From IMG/VR virus record IMGVR_UViG_3300037067_007506, positions 4,865 through 68,864 of that record: a DNA stretch of 64,000 nucleotides; one strand, given 5' to 3'. Below the pieces are notes generated by a model that had not been told where the DNA came from, did not search any database, and saw nothing but the letters and a program-made list of their open reading frames with translations. Positions 1 through 11,100 of this stretch are shown one piece after another; the first letter of the stretch is position 1; each line of letters begins with the position of its first letter. This stretch comes from a virus (Duplodnaviria; Caudoviricetes). Both the position numbers and the translations under genes were made by a program.

Positions 1-109
1 TATGGATAAAACAATTTAGAGAAGATAGTATTAAAGAAAAATTAGAACAACAAAATCATAAAGAAGTTTATGATGTGAATGATTTAGAGTTTTTTTAAAG
101 GAAAATACA

Positions 110-811
110 ATGTGTAATATTTTATTTGATGAAAAATATAAAGAATCAACTAAAAATAATTTTATAACTGCTTATGGTTCTGAAGTTATGGATGAAGAAT
201 TTTTTGAATTCTTTTTCAAAAATCATGAAACTGTAAATTATCATTGTTTAGAATTTTTGAATAAATTTAAATTAAATTTTTCTAATAATAAATATTACTT
301 TATAAATAAAAAATTTAATGAAAAAAGAATGTTACAATTATTTTTATTATCTATAATAACAAAAATCAAGTATGAATCAAAATCTACTGATGAATTGAAA
401 AAAGTTATCAATATAATACCTACAGGATCGTTAAGAATTTTTGAACATTATGAAATAAAAGATTTTATGGATAATTTATTGAAAAAAGAAGATAAATTAT
501 CCATAAATGATTTTGATGATGTTGATTATATTATATTGAAAGATTTTAAAAATGAAAGTTTAACTGACAAACAGGTTGATTATTTTAAACCTGTTTTATG
601 TTCTTTTATACAAAGATTATTATATACACATACAAAAATAATATTTTTATCAAATAAGATAAATAATAATATAGATTTGTTAGTTGATAATGAAATTTTA
701 GATAACTATAAAAAAATAATTTCAGATAAAGATTTAGATAAGAGTTTAATTTCACAAATTGTTAAAAAAGATAATAATATTCAAAATAAAGTAATATTTG
801 AACCATATTAA
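110..811 (+). CDS. hypothetical protein (possible degenerate DnaC/IstB-like AAA+ fold)
   Basis: 233-aa ORF with AAGGA RBS; DYIILKDF resembles a Walker B strand, but there is no intact Walker A. Confidence 0.3.
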   Translation: MCNILFDEKYKESTKNNFITAYGSEVMDEEFFEFFFKNHETVNYHCLEFLNKFKLNFSNNKYYFINKKFNEKRMLQLFLLSIITKIKYESKSTDELKKVINIIPTGSLRIFEHYEIKDFMDNLLKKEDKLSINDFDDVDYIILKDFKNESLTDKQVDYFKPVLCSFIQRLLYTHTKIIFLSNKINNNIDLLVDNEILDNYKKIISDKDLDKSLISQIVKKDNNIQNKVIFEPY

Positions 812-840
812 TTTTAAATATTATATTAAAGGAAAAATAA

Positions 841-1497
841 ATGGTAAAAGTAATAATTGATTTTAGTCAGATAATGTTTAAGACATATTTTATAAAACGA
901 GCACAAAATATGCAAGTTGATTGGGATTTTTGGAGATATTTGATATTAAATAACATCCAAAAATTAATACGAGATTTTCAAGCTCATGAAGTAATATTAG
1001 CTTTAGATTCTAAAAGTTGGAGAAAAGATTATTTTAAATATTATAAAGCTAATAGGGATCATTCAAAAGAAAGTTTGGATGGATTGTTTGATGAATGTAA
1101 TTCTTTTATAAAAGAATTAGAAGCTTTTTTTCCTTATAAAACCATAAGAGTATTTGGTGCTGAAGCTGATGATGTTTTAGCTGTACTAACATTATTTAAA
1201 AAACCTGAAGATTTGTATGTGTTAGTTTCAAATGATAAGGATTTTATTCAGTTATTATCACAGAAGAAAGTTTTATTGTACGATTTATCTAATGAAGAAT
1301 TTATTGCTGATAAAATACCTTTTATAGTGAAAAAAGAAGAATATAATTCTATACAAGATTATATTCATTCATTAATTATTTCGGGTGATGTTGGTGATAA
1401 TGTACCATCAGTTATGCGTGATATATATTTTACAGATAAGTTTATTAATTATATTTCTAATAATACAGAATTTAAAGAGTTTTTAAATGAAATGTAA
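841..1497 (+). CDS. rnh: T4 RNase H-like 5'-3' (flap) exonuclease, N-terminal fragment
   Basis: IIDFSQI, ILALD, WRKDYFKYYKANR, EADDVLA, SNDKDFIQL and GDVGDNVPS match the FEN/T4 RNase H catalytic motifs; the ORF stops just after the GD..DN motif. Confidence 0.9.
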   Translation: MVKVIIDFSQIMFKTYFIKRAQNMQVDWDFWRYLILNNIQKLIRDFQAHEVILALDSKSWRKDYFKYYKANRDHSKESLDGLFDECNSFIKELEAFFPYKTIRVFGAEADDVLAVLTLFKKPEDLYVLVSNDKDFIQLLSQKKVLLYDLSNEEFIADKIPFIVKKEEYNSIQDYIHSLIISGDVGDNVPSVMRDIYFTDKFINYISNNTEFKEFLNEM

Positions 1498-2791
1498 AAT
1501 TTGTGATCGTTATTTTAATAAGGTGTTTAGTATAAAACGACATGTTTTAGGTACTCATAAAATTAAAATAAATTCTATTAATTTGAATGATTATATTATA
1601 TTTAATTCTATTTTTGAAGTAAATATTTACTTCAATAAATTAAAATCATATTTGTGTGGTTATGATAAACAATTATTAGAAATTTATTTAAATCATATTT
1701 CACAAGTTAATATGATGTTATTATATTTGAAAAATAATATTAAATATAATAACATTAATAATGAATCAATATGTAGATTACCTAATTACTTAAATTATAA
1801 ATTAAGTAACAAATATGTTACATCTAAAAAAGAAACCTATATATTTCAATATGGTGAAGATTTAGGAATCAAATTATTTTTAGAATATCAAAATTTTCAA
1901 TCTAAAGCTGGAGTATCTTTAGATTGGTTTCAAATAAAATATGGTTATGAATTAGGGACAATTAAATGGTTAAACCTTAAAAAATCCCAAAGTGAAAGAG
2001 CTAAAATAAATTCTAAAAATGATATTTGGATTTCTAAAGGTAGTAAAAGGTATTGGTTAAAAAGAGGATATGATGAAATTGAATCAACCCAATTATCTTT
2101 AAAATATAATTCTTATTCTAAACAATATTGGATTTCTAAAGGTTTAACATATGAACAAGCTCAAAATAAAGTATTAGAAAGAATTTGGACCTCTGATAAA
2201 TTTATTAATAAAAATAATATAAATTTACAAGAAACAAAAAATAAACTTGTTTTAAGTATTAAAAAATCTGATTATTATAAAATACATAAAAAATATGGAT
2301 TAAAGAAATATTGGATATTTAAATACGGTTATGATTTAGGATGTCAAAGATATGAGACTTTCTTATTTAAACGTTCATTATATCCTAAAAGAAAAGTTAA
2401 AAGGCAATCTAATATAGCTATAAAATTTTTTGATGAGTTATTAACATATATACCTGATAAAGAAAATGTATATTATTATAATCATAATGGTGAAAAGAAG
2501 ATAGGAAAATATTATGTAGATTTTTATTATAAAGGAATAGTTATAGAATTTAATGGTGATTTTTGGCACGGAAATCCTAGATTCTATAAAGAATATAATT
2601 ATAATACTGTTTTAAAAAAGTTCTATTCTGAAATTTGGGATCATGATGATATAAAGAATTCTAATATATTAAAAATAGATTATATAAAAGAATTGTTTAT
2701 AATTTGGGAAGATCGTGATAAAACTAAAGAAAGTTTAACTTCATTATGTTTAGATTTGATTAAAAATTTTAAGGAGTATAATATATGTTAA
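1487..2791 (+). mobile_element. free-standing homing endonuclease (C-terminal Vsr-like PD-(D/E)XK domain, N-terminal C2H2 finger, YGxxLG/WxxKG repeats) inserted in rnh
   Basis: YYVDFY..IVIEFNGDFWHGNP nuclease motif; KCKICD..H...H finger; overlaps both rnh fragments. Confidence 0.8.
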
Positions 2792-3180
2792 CAGAATTAG
2801 ATCAAAAGATACTGGATTTTAAAAAAAAATATCCGGAAAAATTTGAAAAAATTAAAAGTGATTATATGAAAATTAATAAAATGACTAATAAACCTTTTAG
2901 TGATAAAACTATAAAGAGTATAATTAATTTAGGTATTGTTAAATGGTTAAATGGTCAACCTAAGGAAGTTTTAGAGAATTACGAACGAAATAAAAAATTA
3001 ATTGTTTTATCAAAAGAAACAATTCCACAAGAAGTTCAAGATAATATATTAGAAGCTTATAAAAATTCTAAACCTGTGGTTGATAAAGTTTTAATTGATA
3101 ATTATTTGAAATCTAGAAACATGGCTTCAATGTATAAGAAGGTAAATGATTTTTTACCAAAAAAAGAATTATATTTCTAA
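2785..3180 (+). CDS. rnh: T4 RNase H-like exonuclease, C-terminal fragment
   Basis: NYERNKKLIVL..IPQEVQDNILEAY resembles the T4 RNase H C-terminus; own AAGGAG RBS at 2771-2776; same frame as the N-fragment. Confidence 0.8.
   Translation: MLTELDQKILDFKKKYPEKFEKIKSDYMKINKMTNKPFSDKTIKSIINLGIVKWLNGQPKEVLENYERNKKLIVLSKETIPQEVQDNILEAYKNSKPVVDKVLIDNYLKSRNMASMYKKVNDFLPKKELYF
3134..3180 (+). repeat. upstream copy of a 47-bp direct repeat flanking TnpB-1
   Basis: 3134-3158 is identical to 4457-4481; 41/47 identity over the full repeat. Confidence 0.95.
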
Positions 3181-3219
3181 AACTAACTATTCTTAATTAT
3201 ATAAAAGGAAAATAAACAG

Positions 3220-4431
3220 TTGCAACGAACAGAAAGACATATATTAACAAAATATAATGAAAATTTTAAACAAATAGATAATCTTTGTTTTTTATCAAAA
3301 AATCTATATAATTATGTTAATTATTTATTGAGACAAAATTATTTTGAAAATATGAAAAAAGATAAAAAAGAAAGAGTTTGGTTAAATGAATATGAATTAG
3401 TATCACAATTAGCAAAAGATGATCAAATAGATTATAGATCATTACCATCAAAAACTAGTCAACAGATAATTAAAGTTTTGTTTAAAAATTGGAAATCATT
3501 TTGGAAATTAATCAAAACAAAAGGTTTAAAAGGTAAACCTCAAATACCAAAATTTAAAGATAAATTAAAAGGTAGAAATATAATAATTTTCACAAATCAG
3601 GGTTGTAAAATAAAAGATGGATTTATTTATTTTAACAAAAAATGTGGAATAATTAAAGTAAAAACAAATATTAAAAATGACCAATTGAATCAAGTTCGAA
3701 TTATTCCACAATCAAATTGTTATGTGTTAGAAGTTGTTTATGTAAAAGAAAAGGAGGAAAAAGAATTAGATATCTCAAAATATTTAAGTATTGATTTAGG
3801 TATTAATAATTTAGCTGCATGTATAACTAACCAGGATTTAAATCCTTTGTTAGTAAATGGTAAAATTGTAAAAAGTATCAATCAATATTATAATAAGACA
3901 AAAGCAAAATTTATGAGTTTCATAGGTGATAAAGGTATTTCAAATAGAATTAGAAAATTAAATTTTAAAAGAAATAATAAAATAAATGATTATTTTCACA
4001 AAACAAGTAGATTTATAATTAATTATTGTTTAAAAAATAAAATACAAACAATAATAATTGGTTATAATGAAGGTTGGAAACAAAATTGTAATATTGGTAA
4101 AGTTAATAATCAAAAATTTGTTAGTATACCTTATTTAAAATTAATTAAACAAATTGAATATAAAGCTGAAGAAGTTGGAATATTTGTTTTAATTAATGAA
4201 GAACGTTTTACTTCTAAATGTGATGCTTTAGCATTAGAGGAATTGAAACATCATGATAAATATTTAGGTACTAGAGTTCATAGAGGATTATATCAAAGTT
4301 CTGTAGGAAAAATGATAAATGCTGATGTAAATGGCGCAATAAATATCATGAGAAAAGTAGTTGATAATTTGATTGTGAAATCAATAATCAATAGAGGTTG
4401 TGTGAATCAACCAATTAGAATTAATTTCTAA
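3220..4431 (+). mobile_element. tnpB: TnpB-1, IS200/IS605-family RNA-guided endonuclease (rearranged RuvC-II type), no tnpA adjacent
   Basis: SIDLGINN (RuvC-I D), IIIGYNEGWKQ with Glu relocated to EERFTSK, INADVNGAINI (RuvC-III D). Confidence 0.9.
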
Positions 4432-4456
4432 TAAACTTTCTTAAATGAAAGAATTC

Positions 4457-4503
4457 ATAAGAAGGTAAATGATTTTTTACCTAAAAAGGAAACTTATTTC
4501 TAG
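4457..4503 (+). repeat. downstream copy of the rnh 3' end, in the predicted omega-RNA guide position of TnpB-1
   Basis: Encodes KKVNDFLPKKETYF-stop versus KKVNDFLPKKELYF-stop upstream. Confidence 0.9.
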
Positions 4504-4556
4504 TTTACTATTGTAAATTTTTAAAAACCTACTATACTTATAATAAGAGGAATATT

Positions 4557-4949
4557 ATGTCAGATAAGAAATTAAAATTTTGTATACTTGAACAAGACCA
4601 TAAATCTTTCACTTACATGACTCGATTGATTACATATATAGAAGAGTTTGAAAATTTTCAATTAAGTTCTTTTGGTAATATTTTACAGTCTGAAGAAATT
4701 GAAGATCATTTAAGACGTCACGGTTTTAAATTAGAATCTCGTGAAGCTGTATTGGAATCGTTAAATTGGATTGATAAATATGGTGAAAGATTTAGAATAT
4801 ATTTAAATACTTTGATGGTAGCTTATCTATTATATATATCTCATAGAGATGAAACTAATGATGACGAGTTAACTTTTGACACATTTAGGTTGATAGCTAA
4901 AGAATTAAATGAAACAAATGCTAAAAAAATACTAAATTATATTTTTTAA
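4557..4949 (+). CDS. hypothetical protein
   Basis: 130-aa ORF with GAGG RBS, preceded by a TTGTAA...TATACT promoter-like sequence. Confidence 0.6.
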   Translation: MSDKKLKFCILEQDHKSFTYMTRLITYIEEFENFQLSSFGNILQSEEIEDHLRRHGFKLESREAVLESLNWIDKYGERFRIYLNTLMVAYLLYISHRDETNDDELTFDTFRLIAKELNETNAKKILNYIF

Positions 4950-5251
4950 GGAAGTTATATGAAGTTAATGCTAATATTTATTATTATGTTATTTTTTTGT
5001 TGTCAATCTAATAAAAGTTTTATTGAATATGAAAAAACTAATAAAACTAACACTATACATTTACATATATTTGGATTGGAGGTTTTAAAAAATAAATGAA
5101 AACTAACATACAAAATTTTATTATACTAGTTATAGCTATTATTATTTTAGGGTTTATATTTGTAGATTCTTTTATGGAAAATCTAAAAACAAATTTCAAA
5201 AAAATTTTTAACAAATAATCTTTGATTTTATATTTGTTAAAAGAGGTATTT

Positions 5252-5713
5252 ATGATTGAAACAATTTTAACAAATTTATCAAAGGAATTTTTGAATAGTT
5301 TTTTCCAAATGTTAGTTATTGGGTTAACAAATGCTATTATTACAGTATTTTTCACGGAAGCATTTAAAATAAGTTGGAATTCTTTATCCAAAAAGAAATT
5401 GAATAATGTTCTTAGTTGGATAGTGAATATATTCTCAATAGTTATTTTATCAATTGCATCTATGATTGTATTTGGAACTCAGATATCAATTTTGTATTTA
5501 TTTTATTATGGTTTAAGTTTGTTTTTTATTACTTTTTCAGCCTCAAAAGTATTTTATGTGACAATTTTTAAAACTATAATGAACAAAGCTAAACATTTAA
5601 TGAGACATTCAGAATTAGAAAATATACTTTTAGAAAATGAAATTGATAAAAATATTAAATTGATTGATGAAATTAAAAAAGAAAAAGTTTTGAAAGGTAA
5701 ATTAAGTGAATAA
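5252..5713 (+). CDS. multi-pass membrane protein, holin-like
   Basis: 3-4 hydrophobic segments and a charged C-tail; GAGGT RBS favours ATG 5252; first gene of a membrane cluster. Confidence 0.4.
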   Translation: MIETILTNLSKEFLNSFFQMLVIGLTNAIITVFFTEAFKISWNSLSKKKLNNVLSWIVNIFSIVILSIASMIVFGTQISILYLFYYGLSLFFITFSASKVFYVTIFKTIMNKAKHLMRHSELENILLENEIDKNIKLIDEIKKEKVLKGKLSE

Positions 5714-5835
5714 AAAAGAATATTTAAATTATAAATACCATTATGATTTTGATAAACCTAATAAAGACTTAATGATCCAAATTAAAAGATCTTTAAGACG
5801 AAAAAATAAACAAAAATTCCTGATGGATATAAAAA

Positions 5836-6192
5836 ATGATAAAATGGATTAAAGAACACCCAAAACTGACCATTATAATTGTGGTTGCTGTAATAGCTTT
5901 AATATTATCTTTAGTTTTTTCAAATGTATTAATAAATATTGTTACTGGTATCGTTGCAATATTTAAAATGTTAGGTAAGTCCAAAAGCACTGATGAATTA
6001 ATAAAAGAAAATAAAGAAAAACAAGAAGCTTTAGATAAAAAGATAAAAGAATCAAAACAAAATCAAAAACTATTATCTGATCAAATAGACGAACAAAAGA
6101 AACAACTTTCTGATAAAGAACAAGAAGTTGAAAATATAAAAAACAATCAAGTTGATTTAAATGATATAGCTAATAAATTAAATGATTTATAA
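5836..6192 (+). CDS. N-terminally anchored coiled-coil protein (i-spanin-like)
   Basis: N-terminal TM segment followed by a K/E/Q-rich coiled coil. Confidence 0.4.
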   Translation: MIKWIKEHPKLTIIIVVAVIALILSLVFSNVLINIVTGIVAIFKMLGKSKSTDELIKENKEKQEALDKKIKESKQNQKLLSDQIDEQKKQLSDKEQEVENIKNNQVDLNDIANKLNDL

Positions 6193-6427
6193 AATATTAA
6201 ATTATATAAATCATAATAAAAAAGTTCTAATAATAGGTACTGTGATATATTTTTTAATATATTGTATACTTGGAACAGTAGGATTTTTATTAATCGGAAA
6301 AACCTTATATTATTCAATTATTAAATCTATTATAATAAATTTAATTGGTACAATTTTTGGATTTCCTATCAATTTAACTTTGTTTTGGTTAGGACATAGA
6401 TTAAAAAAATATTTGGAGGGTAGATGA
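6182..6427 (+). CDS. small two-TM membrane protein
   Basis: Two hydrophobic segments; overlaps both neighbours. Confidence 0.5.
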   Translation: MIYKILNYINHNKKVLIIGTVIYFLIYCILGTVGFLLIGKTLYYSIIKSIIINLIGTIFGFPINLTLFWLGHRLKKYLEGR

Positions 6428-6852
6428 ATAAAATAATTTATATAATATTTATGCTAATGTTGTCTTTTACGTTTATTACTGCTGATAATACTACTGACGG
6501 AAAAGCTGTTGTTTTACAAAAAGGGGATAAAGCTCCTTTTGATGGTATTTTATTAGATAGTGTTAAAGCTAAAAAAGTTGAAACATTGCTAAAAGAAAAT
6601 GAAGAAATACTAATTTTAAAAAAGATAATTGAATCTCAAAATAATTTGATAATCGAAAAAGATAAAGAGGTATCATTATGGAAAGAAAAATATGTTCTAT
6701 CAGATAATTTGAATACTAAGTTAGAAAAAGATATTAAGTTTTATAAAATAGTTAATAATATATTAATAATAACAAATTGTATTGGTTGGTCTATTGTTGT
6801 TGGTGAAACAAGTGGGATAGCTGTAGGGTTTTATTTAAAATATCATTTGTGA
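6424..6852 (+). CDS. secreted/membrane coiled-coil protein (GDKAPFDGILL motif), possible spanin partner
   Basis: Signal peptide, coiled coil and hydrophobic C-terminus; GGAGG RBS. Confidence 0.4.
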   Translation: MNKIIYIIFMLMLSFTFITADNTTDGKAVVLQKGDKAPFDGILLDSVKAKKVETLLKENEEILILKKIIESQNNLIIEKDKEVSLWKEKYVLSDNLNTKLEKDIKFYKIVNNILIITNCIGWSIVVGETSGIAVGFYLKYHL

Positions 6853-6862
6853 GGTATATGAA

Positions 6863-7048
6863 ATGGATGAAGTTGTAATTTTTTATTGTAAAAAATGTAA
6901 AAAAGATATTGAAGTTTCCTTGATGGAGGCTAAAGGTATGGTTAATTGGAAGTGTGTTGATTGTGAGACAATTTGTATGAAAAAAGGATCAAACGCTCCA
7001 GCAGTCATTTGGAATTGTTCAAAAGGTGGATATGGTGGATTTAAATAA
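6863..7048 (+). CDS. FmdB-like zinc-ribbon protein
   Basis: FYCKKC...CVDC...APAVIW..GGY pattern. Confidence 0.6.
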   Translation: MDEVVIFYCKKCKKDIEVSLMEAKGMVNWKCVDCETICMKKGSNAPAVIWNCSKGGYGGFK

Positions 7049-7238
7049 GTTGTATTAGTAATCAAAGTTTGATTTAGTTGGTTTCACAACCAAAGACTTA
7101 TATATCACTCAACAAAGGTAATTCTTGTTAAGAATTACTAATGAAACAATAACCTTGTAAAATAATTGTAAATAATAAATATTAATTTGTAGTTTTATTA
7201 ATTATAAACTATAATTAATAATATATAAGGAGTTTACA

Positions 7239-7427
7239 ATGATTGATTTAACAATGGAAAATTTAAATGAGACTTTAAAAAACCGAGTTGAAATGTTTAG
7301 ACAAGAAAATCTAGAATTAAACTTAACCGATGAACAAATTATTTCTTTGTTTAAGATTATTAAACGTGAAAGAGTTACGAAAAAGTTTATTGAGAAGGAA
7401 AAACATTTACAATCAATCGATTATTAA
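7239..7427 (+). CDS. hypothetical protein
   Basis: 62-aa ORF with AAGGAG RBS. Confidence 0.55.
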   Translation: MIDLTMENLNETLKNRVEMFRQENLELNLTDEQIISLFKIIKRERVTKKFIEKEKHLQSIDY

Positions 7428-7444
7428 ACAAATAAGAAAATATA

Positions 7445-7472
7445 AAGCCTACTAGAAATAGTAGGCTTTTTT
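7445..7472 (+). terminator. rho-independent terminator
   Basis: AAGCCTACTA-GAAA-TAGTAGGCTT followed by a T tract. Confidence 0.85.
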
Positions 7473-7530
7473 ATTCACTTTGTAATAATTATATCTATTA
7501 TTTTTTAAATATTATACACGAGGTGATAAA

Positions 7531-8118
7531 ATGACAGAAATACAAAATATGAAAATAGCATTTTTCGAAAACTCAATAATTAAAAGTGGGTTACCTATGG
7601 TTGTTAATTATGATGAAATATCAAAATCTGATATTCCTTCAGAATTAGATATGAAAAGAGCTTTTACTTTAGCAAAGAATAAACCTGGAACCGGTCATAA
7701 TAACTTTTTAAAAGGTATTAGAGTTCAATTTGATATTAAATATCCGGAGTATTTATCACCTGAAATGCAAAGATATCATTGGTTTGATATAGTTTCTTCC
7801 ATGTCAAAAATGCATAGACTAATTAAAATGAGAATAACTGTAGATAATTGTAATAAATATGTAGATGAAAGAATAATGGTAATAGTTAATGAATATATAG
7901 ATATTTATAATGTTGATCCTTCATACTATAATTTTATGAAAGTAGTTTCAAATTGTCCATTAGGATTTGAAAAATGGATGACAATAGATACTAATTATTT
8001 ACAACTTAAAACAATTTATTTACAACGAAAAAATCATAAATTAAAAGAAGATTGGGGTTGTATTTGTGAAGCAATTAAATTACTACCATATGCTAATGAA
8101 TTAATTATAGAGGGTTAA
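7531..8118 (+). CDS. ThyX-like (flavin-dependent thymidylate synthase fold) protein
   Basis: GHNNFLKGIRVQFD..., QRY, SSMSKMHR, TNYLQLKTIYLQRKNHKL..W pattern seen in phage ThyX-like proteins; canonical RHR motif absent. Confidence 0.5.
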   Translation: MTEIQNMKIAFFENSIIKSGLPMVVNYDEISKSDIPSELDMKRAFTLAKNKPGTGHNNFLKGIRVQFDIKYPEYLSPEMQRYHWFDIVSSMSKMHRLIKMRITVDNCNKYVDERIMVIVNEYIDIYNVDPSYYNFMKVVSNCPLGFEKWMTIDTNYLQLKTIYLQRKNHKLKEDWGCICEAIKLLPYANELIIEG

Positions 8119-8120
8119 AG

Positions 8121-11100
8121 ATGAAATTAAAAGTTTTTGGAGATTTACACTTAACAGGTAATAATATTATAGATGTTCCAATTATAAATTTTTTAAAAGA
8201 TAATATTGCTAAAGATGATACGGTGGTTTTCTTAGGTGATATATTTGATACTTTTAATATATCTGTTCAATATAATATTTTTTATGATTATCTAAGTACT
8301 GTAAAAAATACAGTTTATATTATATTAGGAAACCATGATTTTAGTCAAAATCGTTGCTGGTCAATTCCAATAAAGAATTTTGTTTCAAATATAAAAATTA
8401 TTAAAGAATATGAATATGTTGATATCAATAATAAACTCAGGTTACATTTTTATAACTATTTTAAAAAAAATATTAAGCAATTTAATGTGAAAGATGATGG
8501 CTTCAATATGTTATTTTCACATTCGGATTTGGTTGTTACAAATCCATATCCGGAATATTCTGTTATGAATCTTTGCGTGAACGGCCACCAACACGATTTC
8601 GACCAATCAGATAAATACATCAATCTTGGTGCAATAAGACAATGTAAAATAGATGAAAATTCAAATAAAAGATTATTAATATTTGATACAGATACCTTAC
8701 AATATGAATTTATTAATTTTGATACGGTTATAGATATTAAACAATATTTTGCTAAAGATATTGACAATATTACAATAGAAAAACATACCATTTTAAATAT
8801 TTTATTGTGTGGATATCAAAATCCACATGATGTTATGGAACAAATAAAACAAACACCTTGGTATAATAAAGATTCTATAATTATAAGATTTGTCCCTTTT
8901 ATCGATAAAACTGTTATAAATAATATTCTAATAGAAATATCTAAAAATAATAATTTAAATCTTAATACTATATTTGAAGAATATTTAAAAATATATGAAG
9001 AAAAATTTAAAATACAAATAGAAAATAAAGAAGAAGTTTGTGATTTATTTAAAAAGATATATGAAGAAAAAGGTACATTTATAAAAGATTTATTTCATGT
9101 TTACCCAATTGAATTAATAGAATTACAAGCTGAAAATTTTAAGTTATTTAGAAGTTTAAATCTAAATTTTACTAAATATAATGAAATAACTTCTATTGTT
9201 GGTAATAATTATGATGAATTAAATAATATGAATTTACCATCATCTAATGAATCAGGTAAATCTAATATTAGAAATATGTTGGAATATGTATTAGGAACAT
9301 CTAATGATAAGAATGTTTTAACATATAATGAGAAAAAAGGTTGGGTTTCATTACAGTTAAAAATAAATGATGATTCAATTTTAATAAAGAAAAAATATAA
9401 TAAAAATGTAAGTGAATTAGAAATAACAATTAATAATGAAAGACAATGGGAAAATGAAACTCCCACCAATGTTATGAAGATGTTTTATGAAAAATATAAT
9501 ATACAAAATGCAATACCTTATATTTTAGTTTCAGACACTGGAATGGCAAGATATTTTTTTAGTTCTAAAAATTCAGAAAAATTCAAAATGTTTAGAAATA
9601 TATTTCCAATTATAGAAACAGTTAGTTCGTTTATTAAGTTGATTGATGAAGATGTTAAATTGAAAGAAATTGAATTTAATAATATACAAAATAAGAAAAA
9701 CGTTATTAAAGACAAAAGAAAAGATAAATCTACATTTTATTGGAATACTTATAACAGACTATACTTAGAAAAAAGTAAACTTAAAGTAAATGAAATACAA
9801 GATAAAATTAACAAATTAACTTGGAATAAAACTTTATTAGAACAAGAAAATGATTTAATTTATATTAATAAAATATTATCTAAATTTTCAATACACTTTT
9901 GGAATAAAATAATAGATTTAAAAAATAATTATGAAGTTCAAAATATTATGGATTCACATGATGAATTTTATAAATCTAATGAAATATTAAATTATTATAA
10001 TATTAATAAACTAGAAAGTAAGAATAGAATTAAAAAAATTGAAGAAGAATTAAGTAGTTTAAAATTAGAATTAGAAAAAATAAATATTGGTAATTGTGAA
10101 TATTTAAATTTAGATTTAAATAAAATAAAAGATAATTTAATTAAAGCTGGTCATTTTGAACATATTACAAAAACATATAAAGACTATAATAAGATATTTG
10201 ACATTGAATGTATATTAAATGATTTAAAATTAAAAGAATCTAAAGTCAATAAATCTAAGGAAGAATTAAATAGTTTAAAAGAAAAGTATATTAATAAAGA
10301 AAATGATTTAAAAGAATTAAAAGAAAATGCTATTAAATGTCCTAATTGTGATTTTGAGATTTATGATATTAAAACACAAGAAAAATTAACTGAAGAATTG
10401 TTAGATATTAAAAAACAAGGTGTTGATAAAAAATCTGAACATAATAAATATTTAGAAGAATATAATGATTATAATACTAATATTTATTTACCAATTAATG
10501 AAATAAACGAAGATATATTATATTATTTTGATGAACAAAATTTAACATTAAAACAGTTTAAAGAATATTTGTTAAACCCGTTTAATTATGATAATATTAC
10601 ATTAGAAAACATTGAAGAATTAATTAAAACAAAAAATGATTATAATGTTAATAAAACTAATTATGATAATTTAACTAAGCAAATTACTAAATTAAATTTA
10701 GATTTAGATAGTGAACAAAAAAAGTTATTTGAAAAAGAAACTAAAATAGAAGAAATTAAAAATAATCTAAAACCCTATAACAAAGAAGATTATGAAAAAA
10801 TAATATCCGTGTTTAGGGAATATTCCATCACTAAAAATGATTATTTTGTAACATTGGAAAAAATAAATGATGTATTAAGTAAAAATATATTAAACGAATT
10901 TACACAAGATGAAATTAATAATTTAGATAATTTAATGATAGAATTAGATAATGCTAAAAAAACAAAAAAACTTTTTGATGATTTAAATGTTGAATTAAAA
11001 TATGAAAAACAAAAAGAAGATAATTTAAATAAAGATTATAATAATTTATGTTTAGACATTAAAAAAACCAAGAAAGAATTAAACTTTAAAGACATAAATA

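Noticed and set aside
1487-2791. Group I intron, intein or gene-60-style ribosomal bypass restoring RNase H
   Set aside because: The endonuclease ORF overlaps both fragments, leaving no intron core; it is in a different frame with no Cys/Ser...His-Asn intein ends; 1.3 kb is far beyond known bypass gaps, and the C-fragment has its own RBS
7066-7140. Two hairpins (TTGGTT-TCAC-AACCAA; GTAATTCTT-GTT-AAGAATTAC) as a possible small RNA
   Set aside because: No tRNA or known ncRNA pattern and no second copy; most simply terminator or processing signals
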